Source: Paramoeba atlantica
Taxonomy: Eukaryota > Protista > Discosea
Direction: 5' to 3'
Assembly: GCA_977017575.1 (NCBI GenBank)
Contig: CDRNVI010000011.1
Location: 186,001-250,000, forward strand
DNA: 64,000 nt
Below the pieces are notes generated by a model. The model made no database searches, was not told the DNA's origin, and saw nothing but the letters and a program-made list of their open reading frames with translations. This document shows, piece after piece, positions 31,101-39,621 of the stretch; positions within the stretch are counted from its first letter, which is position 1, and every line of letters starts with the position of its first letter. A program made the translations under genes and the position numbers.

Positions 31101-31447
31101 GTTTGTTAAATTTCGTAGCACCTAACTTTCAAAATCTCTCTCACATCAATTTTATTCCCGGTATACGATACTATGAGGTGTGGATCCTAACACTAGAAGA
31201 TTTGAACGATTTTGTCTTTTCTTGTGATGAACACATTTTACTTGCAGATCTCGTTGTAAAGATAGGTGACAAGGAACACACTTTTCACTATGCAGGAAGG
31301 GCGTATCATACGTATTTTTCTTTAGCAAGTTGCATGTACCCGAGCATTCGAAACAAGCTTGATAACTGTAATCAAGTCATGTCTTTGCTCATTCCTTTTT
31401 CATATAACGATATCGAGCAAACACCTTGGTATTTTGCACAAGTATAG
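28130..31447 (+). CDS. Fusion protein: PPPDE/DeSI-type isopeptidase + linker with UIM-like motif + GH85 endo-beta-N-acetylglucosaminidase (ENGase)
   Basis: N-terminal LYMYDLSRG..IWHTSIV..YF..YHLLENNCNH (His/Cys dyad). EEELEEALMIS at about 28976-29017. LLCHD..GGY, FVYFSHHRVTIPP, GTFITEW, FDGWLVNIEN, WYDSVT..G.L.WQ and DGIFTDY.W are GH85 motifs. One uninterrupted 1105-aa ORF. Confidence 0.85.
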   Translation: MEVLLYMYDLSRGTAALLSQSLIGHHLDAIWHTSIVLGGIECYFDAHEGIVQGPAGKTRFGKPLRIQSLGITTRSVDEWNVYVRCHTMSRFHKTKYHLLENNCNHYTEEATSYLGVQSLPACVREMMNIVLSTPWVRAFFDSASASNSSTTSAIGNIKVAEDTHDCNSVLKEGISPIVYDANMFISKVKQILQASPGSHGFIIAMSVWRSLEGFLEEFQDINYGVLQIGKEWTHVQNEIVEALLLVGFTNGPNNENTSCSLRFTKLEGTLSIPMLISAVSEEIIQEELEEALMISVSGTVNVDAKNDVSERTLPESTFDMAVGGPVKARLKLNEALISKSSINILKLSMSSGIDTMKELMDWIPPSVIAKSHVKLLLSTQRTLKCSTHSQERVLASSRTLLCHDCRGGYLESDRYPQGKDITLSTENPFPGYLFRHWQCIDTFVYFSHHRVTIPPAVWIDVAHSNSVPVLGTFITEWSEGVDECSNFLNSEANVAHVASQLANIAMYYNFDGWLVNIENPVSPRGVEHLLHFLSLLTATMHSLHPASHVLWYDSVTVQGKLQWQSCLSSLNSSFFELCDGIFTDYHWTEAHLQHSIKMAGELSHKVYVGIDIFCRNSPRQKPSIELVAESYRAVTDTRSLSSALFAPGWTWETSSGMQINCDGSSQGTGFISRDNLLWSTLFPTHVTPCITSLPFSTNFNAGFGIQTCRFGSPVAEALPWQHLSQQELCPIGEDKKNSEKGAPYIESQPCMNRAFHGGCSWEGKLHYNDISCTFSESDSPRLAKTTMFGCCVNLKNCKCNSSESGNLIVEVVFHKPTTLASNCALSLVVRTDCATLVQADETRIPDESCVTELLFPFSEDARFHNHKDLRECEVHLPSTIASKSVSCADYLSSEWDVLNFSVPISHIVSEGHTVLDGISLVLMESFPLSTKNSHDFIEIEKAAVTLGRLALWIDETGGAKEGISSPSYETTGFSKSLVRHNSLRKPVLNLSLLNFVAPNFQNLSHINFIPGIRYYEVWILTLEDLNDFVFSCDEHILLADLVVKIGDKEHTFHYAGRAYHTYFSLASCMYPSIRNKLDNCNQVMSLLIPFSYNDIEQTPWYFAQV

Positions 31448-31711
31448 AATTAAGATTTTTAGGCACCTTGGCAGGTGTAAGAATTTGTGTTTCAGGTTCA
31501 AGATCTCACTGTATCCTTTAATGGCAGATGATCTTTCTTTATTTTGTTTTATGCCTTCACCTTTCCCTTGTCTGTTCTTGTTTGTTTTGAAGTTTCGCAA
31601 GTCTTAGGTTTATCTTACTAACTACTAAAGCTTACTACTAAAAAATATATATCATATCTTACTTCTACTACTACAATAGATCCTATATAATAGTCCAATC
31701 TTTTTAATTTA

Positions 31712-32056
31712 ATGGTGCGTTTGTTCCAACGGGCAGTGATGACAGGGTTTCGCCGCAATCAAGCTAATCAATACAACGACCAACCGATACTTCATATCAA
31801 CGAAGTCAACAGTACTAAGGAGGCAAGGTGGTATGAGGGCAAGCGTGTGGCGTATGTCTATCGTGCTTTGAAGCGACGAAAGTGCTTTCGAAGCCGGCAG
31901 GTCCCCTCACGTCGGTCTCATATTCGCGTCATATGGGGCCGAGTCGTGAAGCCTCACGGAGGGAGTGGCGCCGTGCGTGCCCGATTTAACCCCAACCTAC
32001 CAAGTCAAGCAATCGGGAAGAAGTGCCGAGTCTACATGTTCCCAAGCCGAATTTAG
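31712..32056 (+). CDS. RPL35A: 60S ribosomal protein L35a (eL33)
   Basis: WYEGKRVAYVY, RVIWGRV..PHG.SG.VRARF..NLP and RVYMFPSRI motifs, with the KRRKC..SRRS insert seen in kinetoplastid L35a. Confidence 0.97.
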   Translation: MVRLFQRAVMTGFRRNQANQYNDQPILHINEVNSTKEARWYEGKRVAYVYRALKRRKCFRSRQVPSRRSHIRVIWGRVVKPHGGSGAVRARFNPNLPSQAIGKKCRVYMFPSRI

Positions 32057-32284
32057 AAAAGCGGATTATCTGTGTTTTAAGCTGGGTAAGACAGAAGTGT
32101 AAGAAGATTTTCCCATGACTATTTTTTCACATTCGATTTTAATGAAATGAAGGAAAATTTAAGCTTATCAAACAAAGCGTTTGCAAAAACTAGAGTTGAG
32201 CTAACAAGGGTTGGGCTCGGTTTAACTTCTCCTATCGTTTTAGCTTGTCTTACAGATAATTTGTCTTTACTCCCTTCATTTACT

Positions 32285-32872
32285 ATGGTGAAATCTTCGA
32301 AGGCATCGGAGAATCCGATGCGCCAAATCAAAATTGAAAAGCTCTGTATCAATATTGGTGTTGGGGAATCTGGTGACAAGCTTACAAAGGCTTCTCGCGT
32401 ACTTGAGCAGTTGTCGAGTCAAAAGCCCGTACACGCCAAATCGAAGAAAACCATTCGAAGCTTCAGCATTCGTCGAAACGAAAAAATTGCTGTGTACGCC
32501 ACAGTACGAGGCGAGCGTGCTCGGGAGATCTTAGAGCGCGGACTGAAAGTCAAGGAGTTCGAGCTCTATGCAGATAACTTTAGTAACGAGGGCACTTTTG
32601 GGTTTGGAATCAGCGAGCATATTGATTTGGGACTTAAGTACGACCCCAGCACAGGGATCTATGGAATGGACTTCCACGTAGTGTTGAAACGCCCAGGCAC
32701 TCGTGTCAGTCGTCGACGCCACGCCCCAGGGGTTGTTGGCTTGCACCACCGAGTAACGAAGAAAGAAGCGCAGGACTGGTTCAAAAAGGAGTTCGATGGC
32801 ATCCTCTTGAAGAACAAGCCTGTGTCGGAGCGACCCAAGAGCAACTGGAAAGGCAAAAAGGGGAAAAAATAA
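32285..32872 (+). CDS. RPL11: 60S ribosomal protein L11 (uL5)
   Basis: [27 protein letters not shown] and [20 protein letters not shown] motifs. ATG at 32285. Confidence 0.98.
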   Translation: MVKSSKASENPMRQIKIEKLCINIGVGESGDKLTKASRVLEQLSSQKPVHAKSKKTIRSFSIRRNEKIAVYATVRGERAREILERGLKVKEFELYADNFSNEGTFGFGISEHIDLGLKYDPSTGIYGMDFHVVLKRPGTRVSRRRHAPGVVGLHHRVTKKEAQDWFKKEFDGILLKNKPVSERPKSNWKGKKGKK

Positions 32873-33140
32873 CCACTATGAAGGGAGTTAGTGTTAAGAT
32901 CAAGAATGTCGAAGTGTTGCAAAGTCTTCTTAGGATTTGATTAGGAAAATGTATTGTTTTTCAAATGGAAGAGAACACTAAACACGATACCATTATAAAT
33001 TGTTGACTAGCATTATTGGCTAGGACATTGGAATATTCCTTTTCAATGAGCATCGAGGTTCATAAGCAGATATTATTTTATCCTTTCGGTCACGGGGGCC
33101 AATGATAATCTATATTTTATCTTATTCTTACTATTTGCAT

Positions 33141-34517
33141 ATGACTGACTTCAAGCAAACTGACAGAAACAGTGAGAGTGTTCGCACAGCAGCTTTCTAC
33201 TACGGAGCAGGTGACTTTCCTTTATCGCACGTCATATACGATATCAAGCACAAAATTGTGTCACAAGGTGTACGACTAAACAACCAACAACAGCGAATTC
33301 TTTCTCCACAGGATCGATATGTCGTTCTTGTTTCGCACAAAGGCAAAGCTTCTTGTCTTGAAATACGGGGAAATGAAGAAGAGGTTTTGCCTATCGCTTC
33401 TCAGTCGAAATTAGAGCTGACAAATGCTGAAAAAATATCATCCGATTTTCCTCACACGTTTGATAATTCTGCATGCTCCGAAGACTCAAGCTTTTGTGAT
33501 CTTGTGGATGTGCATACCTCGCACAGAAAAGTGGATATCCCGGGACCTATGGGTCATCTTTCCACTTTTCAATGGTTTATCAAAGAGTGTGTGGGTGATG
33601 CGTCATCGTTAACAGCACTTTACTTTAGTTCTCATGCCAAAGGTTTGCATCTTTTTATGGATGAGGGTGTACATGATGTGAGTCAGGCTCTGAGCATCCG
33701 TGATATTGCCGATACTCTGCGCGCACTTGGTCCTCTACCCCACCTAAATGCTATTTACTTTGATGCATGTTGCTTAGCTCATATTGAAGTACCAATGCTA
33801 TTCAACGGTATCTGCCCTTACAATGTTGCTTTTGAAACTTTCTGTCCATGGGAGGGGCTTATCTCATACGATAATATGGTACATGCATGTGCACAGGATA
33901 TTGCGCGACAACACATAGAGCGATATGAATCAAGAGAAATGCTTCCTGATGAAGACCCTTCCGATGTCTCAGTGCTTCGCACCGAATGGGATCCTTCAAT
34001 TTTCAAAGCTCTTCTTCAATTACTTGTTTCAAAGGATTTGTTTCAAGATATAAGGGCCAACCCTGAATATCCATATCATCAGAATCTTGACGATGACGAT
34101 CCACCCTTGTTTATACCTTTTTTTGAGGATAACTCAAAGAAGTTCTCCTTGGGAAACGAAATTGGTACTCAATTGGTTCTGTCACCTCCTTACGACTACG
34201 AAATAAGAGAATGTACAGAAAGTAATACCATACTACCCGACTCCTCCGGGCCGAGACCTCGGGGAGATAATCCAAACGTTAAATATATTTGCGTCCCTCC
34301 TCACGCGACTTATGATATTATATCTGCGTTATCAGACATACCTGCGCAAGACACACGCTATAACGACGCACAAATGTTAAAAAAACGTTTTGCAGAAAAA
34401 ATTATTTTTTATTTTCGTACATCACGTCATCACAAACTTCGAACCAATGGTGTGGCGATACGTCATAGCATCATGCACGACAAACTGTGTGCGGCTGGTG
34501 ATACCGTTTTCAAGTAA
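33141..34517 (+). CDS. Clostripain-family (peptidase C11) cysteine peptidase-like protein
   Basis: ALYFSSHAKG (His) ..MDE..LSIRDIADTL..AIYFDACCLAHIEV (Cys) ..VAFETFCPWEG follows the C11 HG..FDAC.M...EV..ASE...P..G pattern. Confidence 0.65.
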   Translation: MTDFKQTDRNSESVRTAAFYYGAGDFPLSHVIYDIKHKIVSQGVRLNNQQQRILSPQDRYVVLVSHKGKASCLEIRGNEEEVLPIASQSKLELTNAEKISSDFPHTFDNSACSEDSSFCDLVDVHTSHRKVDIPGPMGHLSTFQWFIKECVGDASSLTALYFSSHAKGLHLFMDEGVHDVSQALSIRDIADTLRALGPLPHLNAIYFDACCLAHIEVPMLFNGICPYNVAFETFCPWEGLISYDNMVHACAQDIARQHIERYESREMLPDEDPSDVSVLRTEWDPSIFKALLQLLVSKDLFQDIRANPEYPYHQNLDDDDPPLFIPFFEDNSKKFSLGNEIGTQLVLSPPYDYEIRECTESNTILPDSSGPRPRGDNPNVKYICVPPHATYDIISALSDIPAQDTRYNDAQMLKKRFAEKIIFYFRTSRHHKLRTNGVAIRHSIMHDKLCAAGDTVFK

Positions 34518-34873
34518 ACGTCAGCGATGTTTGTAACCAGTCCGTTTTTAAGGCTTAAACAACTAAAATGCGAAAGGTTGCCGAAAGGTTCCTTCTTTGA
34601 CAACTCCGAAGCACGTACACATAAACCTGAGGTTTATGTGAGGTTACCTCTATTCTTATTTGATATTATTTCACGCTTGCGCCTTGTTTTCCGTTTAAGA
34701 GAGGGTGGATTATCATATCCAGTGCACCAAGTTATCATATCCAGTTCACCAAAAGTTTTTAGATTATCATATCCAGTGCACCAAAAGTATATTTTTACAA
34801 TTTCAATTTACATATCCAACTTACTTATTCAATTTAGACATTTCTATTACTCGATTTTTTTCCTTCCTTCGTC

Positions 34874-35672
34874 ATGACAAAGTATAAGCGGCTCAGTGAA
34901 GGAGAGAGACGCACAATACAAGAGATGTTCGAGGCGGGAGCCACGCGACGTGAGATCGGCACGGCTATCGGAAAATCACATAGCACCGTTAGCCTTGAGC
35001 TGGCCCGAAACGAAAAACGGGGTCGGCGGTACGAGGCCAGCCGTGCTCAGAGAGTATCCAAGAGACGCTTGGAAAGCAAGCCCGTGCGCCCTCGCATGAT
35101 CTCTGGGCCCGTGGAGCGCCACATCAAGAAGCGCTTAGGGCAGCTTCACAGTCCAGAACAGGTTGCCAACACTTTAGTTGTCGGGACGCAAGAGGCGTCG
35201 GTATGGGGATTGAGAAGCAGACCTCGTGGAAGGGCATAATCACTCAGGCTACATTTTGACTTTGTGTGAGCGGAAGAGCCGATTCCTCGTTCTGCGTGTT
35301 CTGCGATCGAAGCATGCCGAAGAAGTGGCGAATCAAATCATCAAGGGATTAAGAAAGTACAAAACTTTTACTATCACTTATGACAATGGAACGGAATGTA
35401 CAAAGCATGAAAGAGTGAATGAAAAACTGGGCTGTAAATCCATTTTCTGTGCCCCGTATCACTCGTGGGAAAAGGGGGCGGTGGAAAATTCAAATGGTCT
35501 TACCAACATTCGCCAATATCACAAGGTGAGTGAGTCGTTTGAGACACTGAGCCTCAAAGAGGTGAACAAGACAACCAAGAAGTTGAACAAACGGCCCAAC
35601 GGGCAAACCATTGAAGAATATACCAATCATTGTAGCATCGTACTAAACCCTGTTCCGGGATATTGTGCCTAG
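34874..35672 (+). pseudogene. IS30-family transposase, internally deleted, frameshifted, with in-frame TGA
   Basis: N-terminal HTH YKRLSEGERRTIQEM..REIG..IGKSHSTVSLELARN..Y.A..AQ..SPEQVA. Second frame RKRRRYGD*EADLVEG..ILTLCERKSRF..TITYDNG..CAPYHSWEKGAVENSNGL..RQY..LNKRP, with D(53)D(33)E spacing. Confidence 0.92.
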
Positions 35673-36013
35673 AGCCAGTTATTGTGCAGGGGGGGCACAA
35701 TAAGTGGAAACGACCACTATTATTGTACCCCCCTCCAAGATATGGCGCCGCGAAGCGGCGCCTCACTTTTTTTGCGGGTTTTTTTTCTCATTTTCTCGGA
35801 ATTAACGTTGCTGGTTCAACAACGCACTCGTTAAATAGAACTATTTCTGCATATGAACATGTTTGTCCGTAAAAAAGGCGCCGTGAAGCGGCGCCAATTT
35901 TTTTTTACCCTTTTTTTGGTTTTTTCTAATATTTAGTTATTGTGCCTAGAGCCAGATATTGTGCCTAGAGCCAGTTATTGTGCAGGGGGGGCACAATAAC
36001 CCGGAACAGGGTT
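35646..36013. mobile_element. MITE-like insert nested inside the IS30 element
   Basis: TA|AACCCTGTTCCGGG(A/T)TATTGTGCC inverted termini |TA, a 43-bp direct repeat near both ends (35661-35703, 35957-35999) and two GGCGCCG(C/T)GAAGCGGCGCC hairpins followed by T-tracts. Confidence 0.7.
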
Positions 36014-36496
36014 TAGGTTCATTTTTTTTTATTCTTGGTGCACTGGATATGAGAAAATGTTTGACACCTGGAACGGGATGTAATTTTCGCGTTTTTGGTG
36101 CACTGGATATGATAATCCAGGGAGTAATATTTTACTACTCATAGATCCCCCCTTAGGTATTCAAATCTTGTAGAGCATATTCTTGAATATTGAAGTCATG
36201 TGTTAACATGACTCCTGTCTTAATCGTGTCTTAATATAAATCATTTTTTTTTATTTACTGTCTCCCCAATTTACTATTGAGTGCTCTACCCCCCCCCCCT
36301 ATTTAGTGTTGAATTTTAGACTTGGCACGCACGTATGAGTAATCCTTTTTACCAAAGAATGGCCGTAATCACTTCACGCCCGTAATCATACCTATTGAAT
36401 GAATACCGATGCGTTGATCTATTTTCGTTTTCCTGGACATTAGCTTCATGCAACGCGAATTTTTACGATTTTCTTGGTCACTAATGTTCGACTCGA

Positions 36497-37984
36497 ATGG
36501 ACTCTAGAGTATTCTTCGTAATAGGATCGACAGGCTCAGGTAAGTCGAACTTCGCCATGCGATTGGCTCAGCATGTTTTCTCCACTTTTGATCGTCCTTG
36601 CGAGATAATATGTGCCGATGTAATGCAAATGTGTCCGGGACTACCCATTGCATCCAACAAACCTACTGAGGCTGAGTTGCAAAAGGTGCATCATCATTTT
36701 TTAAACTCTATTCAGAACGGTGCAATCAATACCTGTGAAGTGGATCTAACTTACGAAGTCAGCGTTCATAGCTTTGTCAACAAAGCTCTCCCACTCATCC
36801 GAAACTTGCTGAACGATGGTAAGACCCCGATTGTATGTGGCGGTACCAACTACTACGTACAGGCTCTCATGTGTGAGTCCATAATTGAATCTACAGCAGT
36901 GAGCTCATTTTCTTCATTAGACTCTCTTTCAGCAAGTACCGAACAAGGGACTTACATGACATTAAAAAATTACTCTACTTTACGGGATTTGCTTCAAAAC
37001 AATGCTGAAATGCCTGACACATATTACAGACGTTCATTGTTCCGCATACTTGATGCACTTTCGGCGAAATCGCTACACGAAGAATTATCCCACGTAGATT
37101 CTAATATGGCAATTCGATGGCACCCGAAAGATACGAGACGTATTCGGCGGAGCTTGGAGGTCTTCTATCTATCTCGAGGGAAGGTAAAACATAGCGACCA
37201 TATTATTGAGCAAAGCGAGCATGATCCAATACGATGGATGAACCATGTAACATTTTGGTGTGATTTTGACGGTGATGAACATATGGACAATGTCATTAGG
37301 GAAAGAATTAATTTCATGGAAACTCGCGGACTACAGCGTGAAGTGGAAGACTATTTTCTTCTTTTGAAAAATCATCCTTTATTGAAAGATCACGTTTTGA
37401 ATAGAAGAGCATTAAACTCAGGAAGTCGATTTCCGTTGCTTGAAGCCATTGGTTTTAAAGAATTTCTTCCGTTTCTCCGGTTGAAATGCTTGGACATAGA
37501 AACAGAATTTGATATACCATCAGCGAATATAAATGCGTGCGAAATATGGCAATCGTGTACAGAAGATTTATATAGGGCTACACGAAAATATGCGAAGAAG
37601 CAACAGCAGTGGATACGTCATCGATTCGCCACGCACCCTTATGTAAATCTTTTTAGAGTTATTAATGAGCGTGGCGCCTCCGCTTTTAATCATAGAAATC
37701 TAATTTTGACTCCAAAACAAGCCTTTGCTTTATCCTCTTTGCCCTTGCCGGACATTCTTACCCATGAATATCGCCATAAGATCCTTCCGGGTAGAGCTTT
37801 CGAACAAAAGCAATGCGTCACAACTTGGTGTGATGTGTGTCAAAAGTCATTGAGAGGGCCTTCTCAGGTGGAAGCGCACATGAAATCACGAACGCACCGA
37901 ATGCTTGTGCGGAGACATAAGCGACAAGAAGAAAATCCTTTTTTACGCAAATTCAAAACTGGGGTGCAGTCTTCAACTTTTTGA
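36497..37984 (+). CDS. TRIT1: tRNA dimethylallyltransferase (isopentenyltransferase) with C-terminal zinc finger
   Basis: IGSTGSGKS, EIICADVMQ..GLPIASNKP, PIVCGGTNYYVQAL, HPKDTRRIRRSLE, AIGFKEF, TRKYAKKQ..W and CDVC..H..SRTH motifs. Confidence 0.95.
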   Translation: MDSRVFFVIGSTGSGKSNFAMRLAQHVFSTFDRPCEIICADVMQMCPGLPIASNKPTEAELQKVHHHFLNSIQNGAINTCEVDLTYEVSVHSFVNKALPLIRNLLNDGKTPIVCGGTNYYVQALMCESIIESTAVSSFSSLDSLSASTEQGTYMTLKNYSTLRDLLQNNAEMPDTYYRRSLFRILDALSAKSLHEELSHVDSNMAIRWHPKDTRRIRRSLEVFYLSRGKVKHSDHIIEQSEHDPIRWMNHVTFWCDFDGDEHMDNVIRERINFMETRGLQREVEDYFLLLKNHPLLKDHVLNRRALNSGSRFPLLEAIGFKEFLPFLRLKCLDIETEFDIPSANINACEIWQSCTEDLYRATRKYAKKQQQWIRHRFATHPYVNLFRVINERGASAFNHRNLILTPKQAFALSSLPLPDILTHEYRHKILPGRAFEQKQCVTTWCDVCQKSLRGPSQVEAHMKSRTHRMLVRRHKRQEENPFLRKFKTGVQSSTF

Positions 37985-38023
37985 TTTCACATCTTAAGCG
38001 ACAGCATTCTGTACTGCCGTATA

Positions 38024-39065
38024 CAGTAAACGTCACTATTCTCAGAATGCTCAGTTGTACGTTGACACAGAAAAAACGGCTTTTTTGTCGTTTTTCGTCA
38101 CTATTCTCAGAATTGGTCTGTTGAACGTTGACAGGCACTTTTTTATGAGGTCAAATCATAATTCTCATTTTTAAAAAAGAAAATGTTTTGCAAAAAAAAT
38201 GTTAGCAGCGGAGCAGCAGGCCTCTTTGGGTGCATAAAAATGACCCCCAGAGATCTCCCACTACCTCCTTGGTTTGCAGAGTCGCCGCTCTATCAGAAGA
38301 ACACCACGCAGTCAAACAGCAAGTTTTCCTATTGTGTATTAGCGTTTTGTTTTCAGAAAAACAAAGTTTCATTACTCGTAGTCACCTAAATCAGTGTTTT
38401 CATTGCTTTTTTTGGTCTCACTAAGACATTTGTGTGCCTTTCATGAATGGAAGAAGAGAAGGGACAACGATAAAAATGATCTCCAGTGATCCTCTGTGAC
38501 CCCCATCTATCTCCACCTACCTATATGTATACCCCCCACAGTAATAGAATCGATTTTGGACCATAAAGGTCAAATCCTTGTTACTGGGTGGGGTATGCTT
38601 TTTCGGTGGGCAAAGGCCTTTTTCGTTCATGAGTGCGTTGATTTTCTGTACAGCCAACCCAGAAACCACGCGATTCGCTACTGCACAACCACCCTCATCC
38701 CGTCCAGACACCCCCCCTCCAACCACCCTCCCCAGACAAATCCTTGTTACTGTGTGTCGGCCCAAAAATGGCGAAATCTCTGCTACTGGGGGGATCCATT
38801 ACTGGTGGAGTATACGGTATCCCCAGTGATTTCCACCGATCTCTCGCATACTCTCCAGTTAGTGAAGATGAAGCAGTGAGTCAATCGGTGAGAGAACGAA
38901 AGCGTTTTTTTTCAATTCTCATTTTTGAGTGTAAAATTGAATTGAACGTTGACACATGACCGAAGCTCCATTCTCATTTTCCAAGGTGCATTCTCATTTT
39001 AGCCATTTGTACGTTGACAGCCCAATTCTCATTTTTAGCGACTCTCAGAATAGTGACGTTTACTG
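38024..39065. mobile_element. CAGTA-ended (pogo/Tigger-like) non-autonomous element, family D
   Basis: TA|CAGTAAACGTCACTATTCT ... AGAATAGTGACGTTTACTG|TA perfect 19-bp TIR, with repeated subterminal (A/T)ACGTTGACA and ATTCTCATTTT motifs. Confidence 0.85.
38526..38817. mobile_element. Older diverged family-A MITE copy nested inside element D
   Basis: TGTATACCCCCCACAGTAATAGA ... TTACTGGTGGAGTATACGG|TA, collinear with 39066-39385. Confidence 0.7.
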
Positions 39066-39621
39066 TACCCCCCCCCCAGTAAGAGAATGGGTTTTGGGTC
39101 GAAATGGCCAAATCTCTCTTATTGGGGGGGGTATGCTTTTCTGGCCAGTTTCCTCTTTTCTCCCAACTTTTTTGACTATTTTTTTCTATTTTTTGCTTCT
39201 GAAAACGTGTTAAAACGCTTCTTTGGGTTACCCCCGAGGCCCCCAACATGCAGACACCAACCCCCTACCCCCTATACGCCTCCTGTTGGGCTCCCAAGCC
39301 AAATCTCTCTTACTGGGGGTCAGCCCAAAAAGGGCCAAATCTCTCTTACTGGGGGGGGGGTACCTTACTGGGGGGGGGTATACGGTAATGTATTAGTACG
39401 AAACTAATATACTGTACTAGTATGTTTTTTATGTCTGATACAATTAAGAATCTCATGTTGCTAAAATTCTCGAGAGCTCTGACGCTCGAGGGTATAGCAG
39501 CCTTGTCAAGAAATGTTCATGTGTTTTCCTTTAAAAGTTTTGTGCCACCTTTCATTTTATATCTAAAAGAAACGTTTTCTCTTTCGCTACTTCACCTAGT
39601 TAAGCCCTTTCGTGCGAGGAC

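Larger units (their letters stand above)
34706..36119 (+). mobile_element. IS30-family DNA transposon (1414 bp, degenerate) inserted in eukaryotic DNA
   Basis: Perfect 25-bp TIR TGGATTATCATATCCAGTGCACCAA (34706-34730 and 36095-36119), GGG on both flanks, extra internal TIR-core copies and an IS30 transposase. Confidence 0.92.
38017..39385. mobile_element. Family-A MITE (about 330 bp, inverted relative to 17752-18450) split by a nested insertion
   Basis: CCGTATA at 38017-38023 resumes as TACCCCCCCCAGTAAGAGA at 39066 and ends GGGTATACGG|TA at 39385. 39066-39385 is a reverse-complement match to both ends of element A. Confidence 0.8.

Noticed and set aside
34706-34786. Three spaced 24-bp repeats as a mini-CRISPR array
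   Set aside because: Spacers are only 1-7 bp and the repeats are inverted copies of the right end, so they are transposon subterminal repeats.
35211-35213. Genome-wide TGA=Trp recoding (Blastocrithidia-like)
   Set aside because: Conserved host genes (NIP7, RCL1) terminate at TGA at the expected length and use TGG for Trp.
36061-36090. TTGACA near the IS30 right end as a bacterial -35 box
   Set aside because: No -10 hexamer at 16-18 bp spacing; chance occurrence is likely.
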